This document shows positions 1-16,150 of a DNA stretch of 64,000 nucleotides, piece after piece. A program made the position numbers and the translations under genes. The DNA is taken from assembly GCF_009914755.1 (NCBI RefSeq), contig NC_060928.1. The stretch is one strand, 5' to 3'. The DNA is from the human T2T-CHM13v2.0 reference genome, Homo sapiens. Below the pieces are notes generated by a model. That model saw only the letters and a list, made by a program, of their open reading frames with translations, made no database searches and was not told the DNA's origin. Every line of letters starts with the position of its first letter. The first letter of the stretch is position 1.

Positions 1-29
1 GCAGGTGGATATTTGGATAGATTTTAAGA

Positions 30-46
30 TTTCGTTGGAAACGGGA
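30..46 (+). promoter_or_regulatory. CENP-B box
   Basis: TTTCGTTGGAAACGGGA matches the core NTTCGNNNNANNCGGGN. Confidence 0.95.
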
Positions 47-81
47 ATTTCTTCATATAAACTCAAGACAGATGCATTCTC

Positions 82-92
82 AGAAACTTCTC
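82..92 (+). repeat. 5' copy of the 11-bp target-site duplication (AGAAACTTCTC)
   Basis: The same 11-mer follows the poly(A) at 6277-6287. The uninterrupted homologous monomer at 12561 reads cattctc-agaaacttctc-tgtgatg with a single copy. Confidence 0.93.
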
Positions 93-93
93 G

Positions 94-241
94 CATTCCG
101 TGACTAGCCCTCCCCCACCTGCCCAGCAATTTACTCTTAAAAAAGTGGCTGGAGCCAAAGGCATAGTCAAGGTTAATGCTCCTTTTTCTTTATCCCAAAT
201 CAGAAGCGTTTAGGCTCTTTTTCATCAAATATAAAAATGCA
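94..241 (+). mobile_element. HERV-H internal (gag-region) fragment carried inside the L1 insertion
   Basis: Neither alphoid nor L1, and it lies between the 5' TSD and the L1 start. ttccgtgactagccctcccccacctgcccagcaatttactcttaaaaa...gcatagtcaaggttaatgctcctttttctttatcccaaatcagaagcgtttaggctctttttcatcaaatataaaaa matches my recollection of HERVH-int; not confirmed by search. Confidence 0.8.
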
Positions 242-251
242 GGGGAGGAGC

Positions 252-261
252 CAAGATGGCC
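252..261 (+). promoter_or_regulatory. YY1 binding site of the L1 promoter (intact)
   Basis: CAAGATGGCC at the canonical position. Confidence 0.9.
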
Positions 262-474
262 GAATAGGAACAGCTCCGGTCTACAGCTCCCAGCGTGAGC
301 GACGCAGAAGGCGGTGATTTCTGCATTTCCATCTGAGGTACCGTGTTCATCTCACTAGGGAGTGCCAGACAGTGGGCGCAGGCCTGTGTGTGTGCGCACC
401 GTGCGCGAGCCGAAGCAGGGCGAGGCATTGCCTCACCTGGGAAGCGCAAGGGGTCAGGGAGTTCCCTTTCCGAG

Positions 475-690
475 TCAAAGAAAGGGGTGACGGAGGCACC
501 TGGAAAATCGGGTCACTCCCACCCGAATATTGCGCTTTTCAGACCGGCTTAAGAAACGGCGCACCACGAGACTATATCCCACACCTGGCTCGGAGGGTCC
601 TACGTCCACGGAATCTCGCTGATTGCTAGCACAGCAGTCTGAGATCAAACTGCAAGGCGGCAACGAGGCTGGGGGAGGGGCGCCCGCCAT
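475..690 (-). CDS. ORF0: L1 ORF0, 71 aa, antisense
   Basis: The ATG at 690 opens MAGAPPPASLPPCSLISDCCASNQRDS...RHPFL, the known primate L1 ORF0 peptide. Confidence 0.85.
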   Translation of the reverse strand: MAGAPPPASLPPCSLISDCCASNQRDSVDVGPSEPGVGYSLVVRRFLSRSEKRNIRVGVTRFSRCLRHPFL

Positions 691-1145
691 TGCCCAGGCT
701 TGCTTAGGTAAACAAAGCAGCCGGGAAGCTCGAACTGGGTGGAGCCCACCACAGCTCAAGGAGGCCTGCCTGCCTCTGTAGGCTCCACCTCTGAGGGCAG
801 GGCACAGACAAACAAAAAGACAGCAGTAACCTCTGCAGACTTAAGTGTCCCTGTCTGACAGCTTTGAAGAGAGCAGTGGTTCTCCCAGCACGCAGCTGGA
901 GATCTGAGAACGGGCAGACTGCCTCCTCAAGTGGGTCCCTGACTCCTGACCCCCGAGCAGCCTAACTGGGAGGCACCCCCCAGCAGGGGCACACTGACAC
1001 CTCACACGGCAGGGTATTCCAACAGACCTGCAGCTGAGGGTCCTGTCTGTTAGAAGGAAAACTAACAACCAGAAAGGACATCTACACCGAAAACCCATCT
1101 GTACATCACCATCATCAAAGACCAAAAGTAGATAAAACCACAAAG

Positions 1146-2162
1146 ATGGGGAAAAAACAGAACAGAAAAACTGGAAACTCTAAAACGCAGAGCGCCTCTC
1201 CTCCTCCAAAGGAACGCAGTTCCTCACCAGCAACAGAACAAAGCTGGATGGAGAATGATTTTGACGAGCTGAGAGAAGAAGGCTTCAGACGATCAAATTA
1301 CTCTGAGCTACGGGAGGACATTCAAACCAAAGGCAAAGAAGTTGAAAACTTTGAAAAAAATTTAGAAGAATGTATAACTAGAATAACCAATACAGAGAAG
1401 TGCTTAAAGGAGCTGATGGAGCTGAAAACCAAGGCTCGAGAACTACGTGAAGAATGCAGAAGCCTCAGGAGCCGATGCGATCAACTGGAAGAAAGGGTAT
1501 CAGCAATGGAAGATGAAATGAATGAAATGAAGCGAGAAGGGAAGTTTAGAGAAAAAAGAATAAAAAGAAATGAGCAAAGCCTCCAAGAAATATGGGACTA
1601 TGTGAAAAGACCAAATCTACGTCTGATTGGTGTACCTGAAAGTGATGTGGAGAATGGAACCAAGTTGGAAAACACTCTGCAGTATATTATCCAGGAGAAC
1701 TTCCCCAATCTAGCAAGGCAGGCCAACGTTCAGATTTAGGAAATACAGAGAACACCACAAAGATACTCCTCGAGAAGAGCAACTCCAAGACACATAATTG
1801 TCAGATTCACCAAAGTTGAAATGAAGGAAAAAATGTTAAGGGCAGCCAGAGAGAAAGGTCGGGTTACCCTCAAAGGGAAGCCCATCAGACTAACAGCGGA
1901 TCTCTCGGCAGAAACCCTACAAGCCAGAAGAGAGTGGGGGCCAATATTCAACATTCTTAAAGAAAAGAATTTTCAACCCAGAATTTCATATCCAGCCAAA
2001 CTAAGCTTCATAAGTGAAGGAGAAATAAAATACTTTATAGACAAGCAAATGTTGAGAGATTTTGTCACCACCAGGCCTGCCCTAAAAGAGCTCCTGAAGG
2101 AAGCGCTAAACATGGAAAGGAACAACCGGTACCAGCCGCTGCAAAATCATGCCAAAATGTAA
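1146..2162 (+). pseudogene. ORF1: L1 ORF1p (RNA-binding chaperone, normally 338 aa) interrupted by one in-frame stop, Q198*
   Basis: MGKKQNRKTGNSK...ANVQI is followed by TAG at 1737-1739 where the consensus has CAG. The same frame continues to ...NHAKM and the normal stop at 2162. Confidence 0.95.
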
Positions 2163-2201
2163 AGACCATCGAGACTAGGAAGAAACTGCATCAACTAATG
2201 A

Positions 2202-6053
<3,852 letters not shown>

Positions 6054-6096
6054 ACAATGAGATCACATGGACACAGGAAGGGGAATATCACACTCT

Positions 6097-6130
6097 GGGG
6101 ACTGTGGTGGGGTCGGGGGAGGGGGGAGGG
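6097..6130 (+). other. G-rich, G-quadruplex-forming tract of the L1 3'UTR
   Basis: ggggactgtggtggggtcgggggaggggggaggg. Confidence 0.8.
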
Positions 6131-6255
6131 ATAGCATTGGGAGATATACCTAATGCTAGATGACACATTAGTGGGTGCAGCGCACCAGCATGGCACATGT
6201 ATACATATGTAACTAACCTGCACAATGTGCACATGTACCATAAAACTTAGAGTAT

Positions 6256-6277
6256 AATAAAAAAAAAAAAAAAAAAA
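6256..6277 (+). terminator. L1 poly(A) signal AATAAA and pure 19-A tail; no 3' transduction
   Basis: ...agtataat followed by an A-run at 6259-6277, then directly the TSD. Confidence 0.92.
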
Positions 6278-6287
6278 GAAACTTCTC
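6277..6287 (+). repeat. 3' copy of the target-site duplication (AGAAACTTCTC)
   Basis: Identical to 82-92; the interrupted alphoid monomer resumes with tgtgatgtttgcattccactca. Confidence 0.93.
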
Positions 6288-6609
6288 TGTGATGTTTGCA
6301 TTCCACTCACAGAGTTGAAAACTTCCTTTCATAGAGCAGGTTTGAAACACTCTTTTTGTAATATTTGGAAGTGGACATTTGCAGCGCTTTGAGGCCTATG
6401 GTGAAAAAGGAAATATCTTCTGATAAAAACCAGAAACAAGCATTCTCAGAAACTTCTTTTTGATGTGTGTACTCAAGTAACAGAGTTGAACCTTCCTTTT
6501 GACACAGCAGTTTTGAAACAATCTTTTTGTAGAATCTGCAAGTGGATATTTGGATAGCTTTGAGGATTTCGTTGGAAACGGGATATCTTCATATAAAATC
6601 AAACAGAAG

Positions 6610-9600
6610 CATTCTCAGAAACTTCTCAGTGATGTTTGCATTCAGCTCATGGAGTTGAACACTTCCTTTCATAGAGCCGTTTTGAAACACTCTTTCTGCA
6701 CTACCTGGAAGAGGACATTTCGAGCGCTTTGAGGCCTATGGTGAAAAAGGAAATATCTTCTCATAGAAACCAGAAAGAAGCATTCTCAGAAACTTCTTTG
6801 TGTTGTGTGTACTCATGTAACAGTGTTGAACCATCCTTTTGACAGAGCAGTTTTGAAACACTCTTTTTGTAGTATCTGCAAGTGGATATTTGGATAGCTT
6901 TGAGGATTTCGTTGGAAACGGGATGACATATAATATCTAGAGAGAAGCATTCTCAGGAACTTCTTTGTGATGTTTGCATTCAAGTCACAGAATTGAACAT
7001 TCCCTTTCATAGAGCAGGTTTGAAACACTCTTTCTCTAGTATCTCGAAGTGGGCATTTCAAGCGCTTTCAGGCCTATGGAGAGAAAGGAAATACCTTCAA
7101 ATAAAAACTAGACAGAAGCATTCTCAGAAACTTATTTGTGATGTGTGTCCTCAACTAACAGAGTTGAACCTTGGTTTTGTTACAGCATTTTGGAAACACT
7201 CCTTTTGTAGAATCTGCAGGTGGATATTTGGATAGCTTTGAAGATTTCGTTGGAAACCGGAATATCTTCATATAAAATCAAGACAGAAGCATTCTCGGAA
7301 ACATCTCTGTGATGTTTGCATTCAACTCAGTAGAGTTGAACACTTCCTTTCATAGAGCAGGTTTGAAACACTCTTTCTGCACTACCTGGAAGCGGACATT
7401 TCGAGCGCTTTGAGGCCTATGGTGAAAAAGGAAATATCTTCTCATAAAAACCAGAAAGAAGCATTCTCAGAAACTTCTTTGCGTTGTGTGTACTCAAGTA
7501 ACAGTGTTGAACCTTCCTTTTGACAGAGCAGTTTTGAAACACTCTTTTGGTAGAATCTGCAAGTGGATATTTGGATAGCTTTGAGGATTTTTTTGGAAAC
7601 GGGTTATCTTCATATAAAATCCAGACAGGAGCATTCTCAGAAACTTCTTTGTGCTGTATGTCCTCAATTCACAGAGCTGAACCTTTGTTTGGATACGGCA
7701 TTTTGGAAACATTCCTTTAGTAGAATCTGCAAGTTGATATTTAGATAGCTTTGAAGATTTCGTTGGAAACGGGAATATCTTCATAGAAAATCTAGACGGA
7801 AGCATTCTCAGAAACTGCTTTGTGATGTTTGCATTCAAGTCACAGAGTTGAATATTCCCTTTTATAGAGTAGGTTTGAAACACTCTTTCAGCACTACCTG
7901 GAAGTGGATATTTCGAGCTCTTTGAGGCCTATGGTTAAAAGGAAATATCTTCCCATAAAAACTAGACAGAAGCCGTCTCAGAAACTTGTTTGTGATGTGT
8001 GTATTCAACTACCAGAGTTGAACATTTCTGTTACAGAGCAATTTTAAAACACTCTTTTTGTGGAATCTGAAAGTGGATAATTGTATAGCTTTGTGGATTT
8101 CGTTGGAAACGGGATGACGTATAAAATCTAGAGAGAAGCATTCTCAGGAACTTCTTTCTGATGTTTGCATTCAAGTCACAGAATTGAACATTCCTTTTCA
8201 TAGTGCAGGTTTGAAACACTCTTTCTGTAGTATCTGGAAGTGGACATTTCAAGCACTTTCAGGCCTATGGGGAGAAAGGAAATATCTTCAAATAAAAACT
8301 AGACGGAAGGATTCTCAGAAACTTATTTGTGATGTGTGTCCTCAACTAACAGAGTTGAAACTTTGTTTTGATACAGCATTTTGGAAACACTCCTTTTATA
8401 GGATCTGCAGGTGGATATTTGGATAGCTTAGAGGGATTCGTTGGAAAGGGGATATCTTCATATAAAATCTAGACAGAAGCATTCTCAGAAACTTATTTGT
8501 GATGTGTGTCCTCAACTAACAGAGTTGAACCTTGGTTTTGATACAGCATTTTGGAAACACTCCTTTTGTAGAATCTGCAGGTGGATATGTGGATAGCTTT
8601 GAAGATTTCGTTGGAAACGGGAATTTCTTCATATAAAATCAAACAGAAGCATTGTCAGAAACTTCTCAGTGATGTTTGCATTCAGCTCATGGAGTTGAAC
8701 ACTTCCTTTCATAGAGCCGGTTTGAAACACTCTTTCTGCACTACCTGGAAGAGGACATTTCGAGCGCTTTGAGTCCTATGGTGAAAAAGGAAATATCTTC
8801 TCATAGAAACCAGAAAGAAGCATTCTCAGAAACTTCTTTGTGTTGTGTGTACTCATGTAACAGTGTTGAACCATCCTTTTGACAGAGCAGTTTTGAAACA
8901 CTCTTTTTGTAGTATCTGCAAGTGGATATTTGGATAGCTTTGAGGATTTCATTGGAAACGGGATGACATATAATATCTAGAGAGAAGCATTCTCAGGAAC
9001 TTCTTTGTGATGTTTGCATTCAAGTCACAGAATTGAACATTCCCTTTCATAGAGCAGTTTTGAAACACTCTTTCTCTAGTATCTGGAAGTGGGCATTTCA
9101 AGCGCTTTCAGGCCTATGGAGAGAAAGGAAATACCTTCAAATAAAAACTAGACAGAAGCATTCTCAGAAACTTATTTGTGATGTGTGTCCTCAACTAACA
9201 GAGTTGAACCTTGGTTTTGATACAGCATTTTGGAAACACTCCTTTTGTAGAATCTGCAGGTGGATATTTGGATAGCTTTGAAGATTTCGTTGGAAACCGG
9301 AATATCTTCATATAAAATCAAGACAGAAGCATTCTCGGAAACATCTCTGTGATGTTTGCATTCAACTCAGTAGAGTTGAACACTTCCTTTCATAGAGCAG
9401 GTTTGAAACACTCTTTCTGCACTACCTGGAAGCGGACATTTCGAGCGCTTTGAGGCCCATGGTGAAAAAGGAAATATCTTCTCATAAAAAACAGAAAGAA
9501 GCATTCTCAGAAACTTCTTTGCGTTGTGTGTACTCAAGTAACAGTGTTGAACCTTCCTTTTGACAAAGCAGTTTTGAAACTCTCTTTTGGTAGAATCTGC

Positions 9601-12390
9601 AAGTGGATATTTGGATAGCTTTGAGGATTTCGTTGGAAACGGGTTATCTTCATATAAAATCCAGACAGGACCATTCTCAGAAACTTCTTTGTGCTGTATG
9701 TCCTCAATTCACAGAGCTGAACCTTTGTTTGGATACAGCATTTTGGAAACATTCCTTTAGTAGAATCTGCAAGTTGATATTTAGAGAGCTTTGAAGATTT
9801 CGTTGGAAACGGGAATATCTTCATAGAAAATCTAGACGGAAGCATTCTCAGAAACTGCTTTGTGATGTTTGCATTCAAATCACAGAGTTGAATATTCCCC
9901 TTTAAAGAGTAGGTTTGAAACACTCTTTCGGCACTACCTGGAAGTGGATATTTCGAGCTCTTTGAGGCCTATGGTTAAAAGGAAATATCTTCCCATAAAA
10001 ACTAGACAGAAGCCGTCTCAGAAACTTGTTTGTGATGTGTGTATTCAACTACCAGAGTTGAACATTTCTGTTACAGAGCAATTTTAAAACACTCTTTTTG
10101 TGGAATCTGAAAGTGGATAATTGGATAGCTTTGTGGATTTCGTTGGAAACGGGATGACGTATAAAATCTAGAGAGAAGCATTCTCAGGAACTTCTTTCTG
10201 ATGTTTGCATTCAAGTCACAGAATTGAACATTCCTTTTCATAGTGCAGGTTTGAAACACTCTTTCTGTAGTATCTGGAAGTGGACATTTCAAGCACTTTC
10301 AGGCCTATGGGGAGAAAGGAAATATCTTCAAATAAAAACTAGACGGAAGGATTCTCAGAAACTTATTTGTGATGTGTGTCCTCAACTAACAGTGTTGAAA
10401 CTTTGTTTTGATACAGCATTTTGGAAACACTCCTTTTATAGGATCTGCAGGTGGATATTTGGATAGCTTAGAGGGATTCGTTGGAAAGGGGATATCTTCA
10501 TATAAAATCTAGACAGAAGCATTCTCAGAAACTTATTTGTGATGTGTGTCCTCAACTAACAGAGTTGAACCTTGGTTTTGATACAGCATTTTGGAAACAC
10601 TCCTTTTGTAGAATCTGCAGGTGGATATGTGGATAGCTTTGAAGATTTCGTTGGAAACGGGAATTTCTTCATATAAAATCAAACAGAAGCATTGTCAGAA
10701 ACTTCTCAGTGATGTTTGCATTCAGCTCATGGAGTTGAACACTTCCTTTCATAGAGCCGGTTTGAAACACTCTTTCTGCACTACCTGGAAGAGGACATTT
10801 CGAGCGCTTTGAGTCCTATGCTGAAAAAGGAAATATCTTCTCATAGAAACCAGAAAGAAGCATTCTCAGAAACTTCTTTGTGTTGTGTGTACTCATGTAA
10901 CAGTGTTGAACCATCCTTTTGACAGAGCAGTTTTGAAACACTCTTTTTGTAGTATCTGCAAGTGGATATTTGGATAGCTTTGAGGATTTCGTTGGAAACG
11001 GGATGACATATAATATCTAGAGAGAAGCATTCTCAGGAACTTCTTTGTGATGTTTGCATTCAAGTCACAGAATTGAACATTCCCTTTCATAGAGCAGTTT
11101 TGAAACACTCTTTCTCTAGTATCTGGAAGTGGGCATTTCAAGCGCTTTCAGGCCTATGGAGAGAAAGGAAATACCTTCAAATAAAAACTAGACAGAAGCA
11201 TTCTCAGAAACTTATTTGTGATGTGTGTCCTCAACTAACAGAGTTGAACCTTGGTTTTGATACAGCATTTTGGAAACACTCCTTTTGTAGAATCTGCAGG
11301 TGGATATTTGGATAGCTTTGAAGATTTTGTTGGAAACCGGAATATCTTCATATAAAATCAAGACAGAAGCATTCTCGGAAACATCTCTGTGATGTTTGCA
11401 TTCAACTCAGTAGAGTTGAACACTTCCTTTCATAGAGCAGGTTTGAAACACTCTTTCTGCACTACCTGGAAGCGGACATTTCGAGCGCTTTGAGGCCTAT
11501 GGTGAAAAAGGAAATATCTTCTCATAAAAAACAGAAAGAAGCATTCTCAGAAACTTCTTTGCGTTGTGTGTACTCAAGTAACAGTGTTGAACCTTCCTTT
11601 TGACAGAGCAGTTTTGAAACTCTCTTTTGGTAGAATCTGCAAGTGGATATTTGGATAGCTTTGAGGATTTCGTTGGAAACGGGTTATCTTCATATAAAAT
11701 CCAGACAGGACCATTCTCAGAAACTTCTTTGTGCTGTATGTCCTCAATTCACAGAGCTGAACCTTTGTTTGGATACAGCATTTTGGAAACATTCCTTTAG
11801 TAGAATCTGCAAGTTGATATTTAGAGAGCTTTGAAGATTTCGTTGGAAACGGGAATATCTTCATAGAAAATCTAGACGGAAGCATTCTCAGAAACTACTT
11901 TGTGATGTTTGCATTCAAATCACAGAGTTGAATATTCCCCTTTAAAGAGTAGGTTTGAAACACTCTTTCGGCACTACCTGGAAGTGGATATTTCGAGCTC
12001 TTTGAGGCCTATGGTTAAAAGGAAATATCTTCCCATAAAAACTAGACAGAAGCCGTCTCAGAAACTTGTTTGTGATGTGTGTATTCAACTAACAGAGTTG
12101 AACATTTCTGTTACAGAGCAATTTTAAAACACTCTTTTTGTGGAATCTGAAAGTGGATAATTGGATAGCTTTGTGGATTTCGTTGGAAACGGGATGACGT
12201 ATAAAATCTAGAGAGAAGCATTCTCAGGAACTTCTTTCTGATGTTTGCATTCAAGTCACAGAATTGAACATTCCTTTTCATAGTGCAGGTTTGAAACACT
12301 CTTTCTGTAGTATCTGGAAGTGGACATTTCAAGCGCTTTCAGGCCTATGGGGATAAAGGAAATATCTTCAAATAAAAACTAGACAGAAGG
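6610..12390 (+). repeat. Local 12-mer HOR, 2040-bp period, about 2.8 copies
   Basis: Matching sequence at 6610, 8650 and 10690; ORF-track echoes at 6993/9033/11073 and 8031/10071/12111. Confidence 0.92.
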
Positions 12391-13924
12391 ATTCTCAGAA
12401 ACTTATTTGTGATGTGTGTCCTAAACGAACACAGTTGAACCTTTGTTTTGATACAGCATTTTGGAAACACTCCTTTTGTAGGATCTGCAGGTGGATATTT
12501 GGATAGATTTTAAGATTTCGTTGGAAACGGGAATTTCTTCATATAAACTCAAGACAGAAGCATTCTCAGAAACTTCTCTGTGATGTTTGCATTCCACTCA
12601 TAGAGTTGAAAACTTCCTTTCATAGAGCAGGTTTGAAACACTCTTTTTGTAATATTTGGAAGGGGACAATTGCAGCGCTTTGAGGCCTATGGTGAAAAAG
12701 GAAATATCTTCTCATAAAAACCAGAAACAAACATTCTCAGAAACTTCTTTTTGATGTGTGTACTCAAGTAACAGAGTTGAACCTTCCTTTTGAAACAGCA
12801 GTTTTGAAACAATCTTTTTGTAGAATCTGCAAGTGGATATTTGGATAGCTTTGAGGATTTCGTTGGAAATGGGATGACATATAATATCTAGAGAGAAGCA
12901 TTCTCAGGAATTTCTTTGTGATGTTTGCATTCAAGTCACAGAATTGAACATTCCCTTTCATAGAGCAGGTTTGAAACACTCTTTCTCTAGTATCTGGAAG
13001 TGGGCATTTCAAGCGCTTTCAGGCCTATGGAGAGAAAGGAAATACCTTCAAATAAAAACTAGACAGAAGCATTCTCAGAAACTTATTTGTGATGTGTGTC
13101 CTCAACTAACAGAGTTGAACCTTTGTTTTGATACAGCATTTTGGAAACACTCCTTTTGTAGAATCTGCAGGTGGATATTTGGATAGCTTTGAAGATTTCG
13201 TTGGAAACCGTAATATCTTCATATAAAATCAAGACAGAAGCATTCTCGGAAACATCTCTGTGATGTTTGCATTCAACTCAGTAGAGTTGAACACTTCCTT
13301 TCATAGAGCAGGTTTGAAACACTCTTTCTGCACTACCTGGAAGCGGACATTTCGAGCGCTTTGAGGCCTATGGTGAAAAAGGAAATATCTTCTCATAAAA
13401 ACCAGAAAGAAGCATTCTCAGAAACTTCTTTGCGTTGTGTGTACTCAGGTAACAGTGTTGAACCTTCCTTTTGACAGAGCAGTTTTGAAACACTCTTTTG
13501 GTAGAATCTGCAAGTGGATATTTGGATAGGTTTGAGGATTTCGTTGGAAACGGGTTATCTTCATATAAAATCCAGACAGGAGCATTCTCAGAAACTTCTT
13601 TGTGCTGTATGTCCTCAATTCACAGAGCTGAACCTTTGTTTGGATACAGCATTTTGGAAACATTCCTTTAGTAGAGTCTGCAAGTTGATAATTAGATAGC
13701 TTTGAAGATTTCTTTGGAAACGGGAATATCTTCATAGAAAATCTAGACGGAAGCATTCTCAGAAACTGCTTTGTGATGTTTGCATTCAAGTCACAGAGTT
13801 GAATATTCCCTTTTATAGAGTAGGTTTGAAACACTCTTTCGGCACTACCTGGAAGTGGATATTTCGAGCGCTTTGAGGCCTATGGTGAAAAAGGAAATAT
13901 CTTCTCATAAAAACCAGAAACAAG

Positions 13925-16150
13925 CATTCTCAGAAACTTCTTTTTGATGTGTGTACTCCAGTAACAGAGTTGAACCTTCCTTTTGACACAGCAGGTTTGA
14001 AACAATCTTTTTGTAGAATCTGCAAGTGGATATTTGGATAGCTGTGAGGATTTCGTTGGAAACGGGATATCTTCATATAAAATCTAGACAGAAGCATTCT
14101 CAGAAACTTCTTTGTGCTGTATGTCCTCAATTAACAGAGTGGAACCATTGCTTGGATACAGCATTTTGGAAACATTCCTTTAGTAGAATCTGAAAGTTCA
14201 TATTTAGATAGATTTGAAGATTTCGTTGGAAACGGGAATATCTTCATATAAAATCTAGAGGGAAGCATTCTCAGAAACTGCTTTGTGATGTTTCCATTCA
14301 AGTCACAGAGTTGAATATTCTCTTTTATAGAGCACGTTTGAAACACTCTTTCCGGACTTCCTGGAAGTGGACATTTCGAGCGCTTTGAGGCCTATGGTGA
14401 AATAGGAAATATCTTCCCATAAAAACTAGACAGAAGCATTCTCAGAAACTTGTTTGTGATGTGTGTATTCAACTAACAGAGTTGAACTTTTGTTTCTACA
14501 GAGCAGTTTTAAAACACTCTTTTTGTGGAATCAGAAAGTGGATATTCGGATGGCTCTAAGGATTTCGTTGGAAGCGGGATTACATATAAAATCTAGAGAG
14601 AAGCATTCTCAGGAACTTCTTTGTGATATTTGCATTGAAGTCACAGAATTGAACATTCACTTTCATAGAACAGGTTTGAAACACTCATTCTGTAGTATCT
14701 GGAAGTGGACATTTCTAGCGCTTTCAGGCCTATGGTGAGAAAGGAAATATCTTCATATAAAAACTAGACAGAAGCATCGTCAGAAACTTATTTGTGATGT
14801 GTGTCCTCAACTAACAGAGTTGATACTTTGTTTTGATACAGCATTTTGAGAACACTCTTTTTGTAGAATCTGCAGGTGGATATTTGGATAGCTTAGAGGG
14901 ATTCGTTGGAAAGGGGATATCTTCATATAAAATCTAGACAGAAGCATTCTCAGAAACTTATTTGTGATGTGTGTCCTCAACTAACAGAGTTGAACCTTGG
15001 TTTTGATACAGCATTTTGGAAACAGTCCTTTTGTAGAATCTGCAGGTGGATATGTGGATAGCTTTGAAGATTTCGTTGGAAACGGGAATTTCTTCATATA
15101 AAATCAAACAGAAGCATTCTCAGAAACTTCTCTGTGATGTTTGCATTCAGCTCATGGAGTTGAACACTTCCTTTCATAGAGCAGGTATGAAACACTCTTT
15201 CTGCACTACCTGGAAGCGGACATTTCGAGCGCTTTGAGTCCTATGGTGAAAAAGGAAATATCTTCTCATAAAAACCAGAAAGAAGCTTTCTCAGAAACTT
15301 CTTTTTGATGTGTGTACCCCAGTAACAGAGTTGAACCTTCCTTTTGACACAGCAGGTTTGAAACAATCTTTTTGTAGAATCTGCAAGTGGATATTTGGAT
15401 AGCTGTGAGGATTTCGTTGGAAACGGGATATCTTCATATAAAATCTAGACAGAAGCATTCTCAGAAACTTCTTTTTGCTGTATGTTCTCAATTAACAGAG
15501 TGGAACCATTGCTTGGATACAGCATTTTGGAAACTTTCTTTTAGTAGAATCTGCAAGTTGATATTTAGATAGAGTTGAAGATTTCATTGGAAACGGGAAT
15601 ATCTTCATATAAAATCTAGACGGAAGCATTCTCAGAAACTGCTTTGTGATGTTTCCATTCAAGTAACAGAGTTGAATATTCTCCTTTATAGAGCACGTTT
15701 GAAACACTCTTTCTGCACTATCTGGAAGTGGACATTTCGAGCGCTTTGAGGCCTATGGTGAAAAAGGAAATATCTTCCCATAAAAACTAGACAGAAGCAT
15801 TCTCAGAAACTAGTTTTTGATGTGTGTATTCAACTAACAGAGTTGAACTTTGGTTTCTACAGAGCAGTTTTAAAACACTCTTTTTGTGGAATCAGAAAGT
15901 GGATATTCGGATGGCTTTGAGGATTTCGTTGGAAGCGGGATTACATATAAAATCTAGAGAGAAGCATTCTCAGGAACTTCTTTGTGATGTTTGCATTGAA
16001 GTCACAGAATTGAACACTCACTTTTATAGAGCAGGTTTGAAACACTCATTCTGTAGTATCTGGAAGTGGACATTTCAAGCGCTTTCAGGCCTATGGTTAG
16101 AAAGGAAATATCTTGAAATAAAAACTAGACAGAAGCATTCTCAGAAACTT
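13925..16150 (+). repeat. Diverged 8-mer duplication, 1361-bp period
   Basis: ORF-track echoes at 13930/15291, 14131/15492 and 14463/15824; shared private motifs gagtggaaccattgcttgg and ttggaagcgggattac. Confidence 0.8.

Larger units (their letters stand above)
1..92 (+). repeat. Alpha-satellite fragment, left flank of the L1 insertion
   Basis: Nearly identical to 12487-12578 of this window (gcaggtggatatttggatagattttaagatttcgttggaaacggg...cattctcagaaacttctc). Confidence 0.97.
242..1145 (+). promoter_or_regulatory. L1 5'UTR: internal sense promoter, antisense promoter and CpG island
   Basis: Canonical CpG-rich L1HS 5'UTR sequence. Confidence 0.9.

Noticed and set aside
230-236. TATAAAA as a functional TATA box for the L1
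   Set aside because: It lies only about 10 bp from the L1 start, too close for canonical spacing, and is better explained as an A-rich endonuclease target; there is no supporting evidence.
93-241. Independent pre-existing HERV-H insertion into which the L1 later jumped at this site
   Set aside because: No HERV-H sequence resumes after the poly(A), and the only duplication is the alphoid 11-mer flanking both pieces together.
225-1143. Other short ORFs in the L1 5'UTR (225-449, 343-552, 372-629, 841-1143)
   Set aside because: Incidental frames of a GC-rich UTR; only ORF0 corresponds to a known product.
1821-2162. 113-aa ORF as a separate gene
   Set aside because: It is the C-terminal part of ORF1p downstream of the premature stop.
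6610-12390. Assignment of the 12-mer to DXZ1 or D18Z1
   Set aside because: The dimeric A/B monomer pattern does not fit the pentameric DXZ1, and the 12-mer holds for under three copies, so it looks like a local variant. The neighbouring 2211-bp 13-mer points to chr4, though this is unverified.
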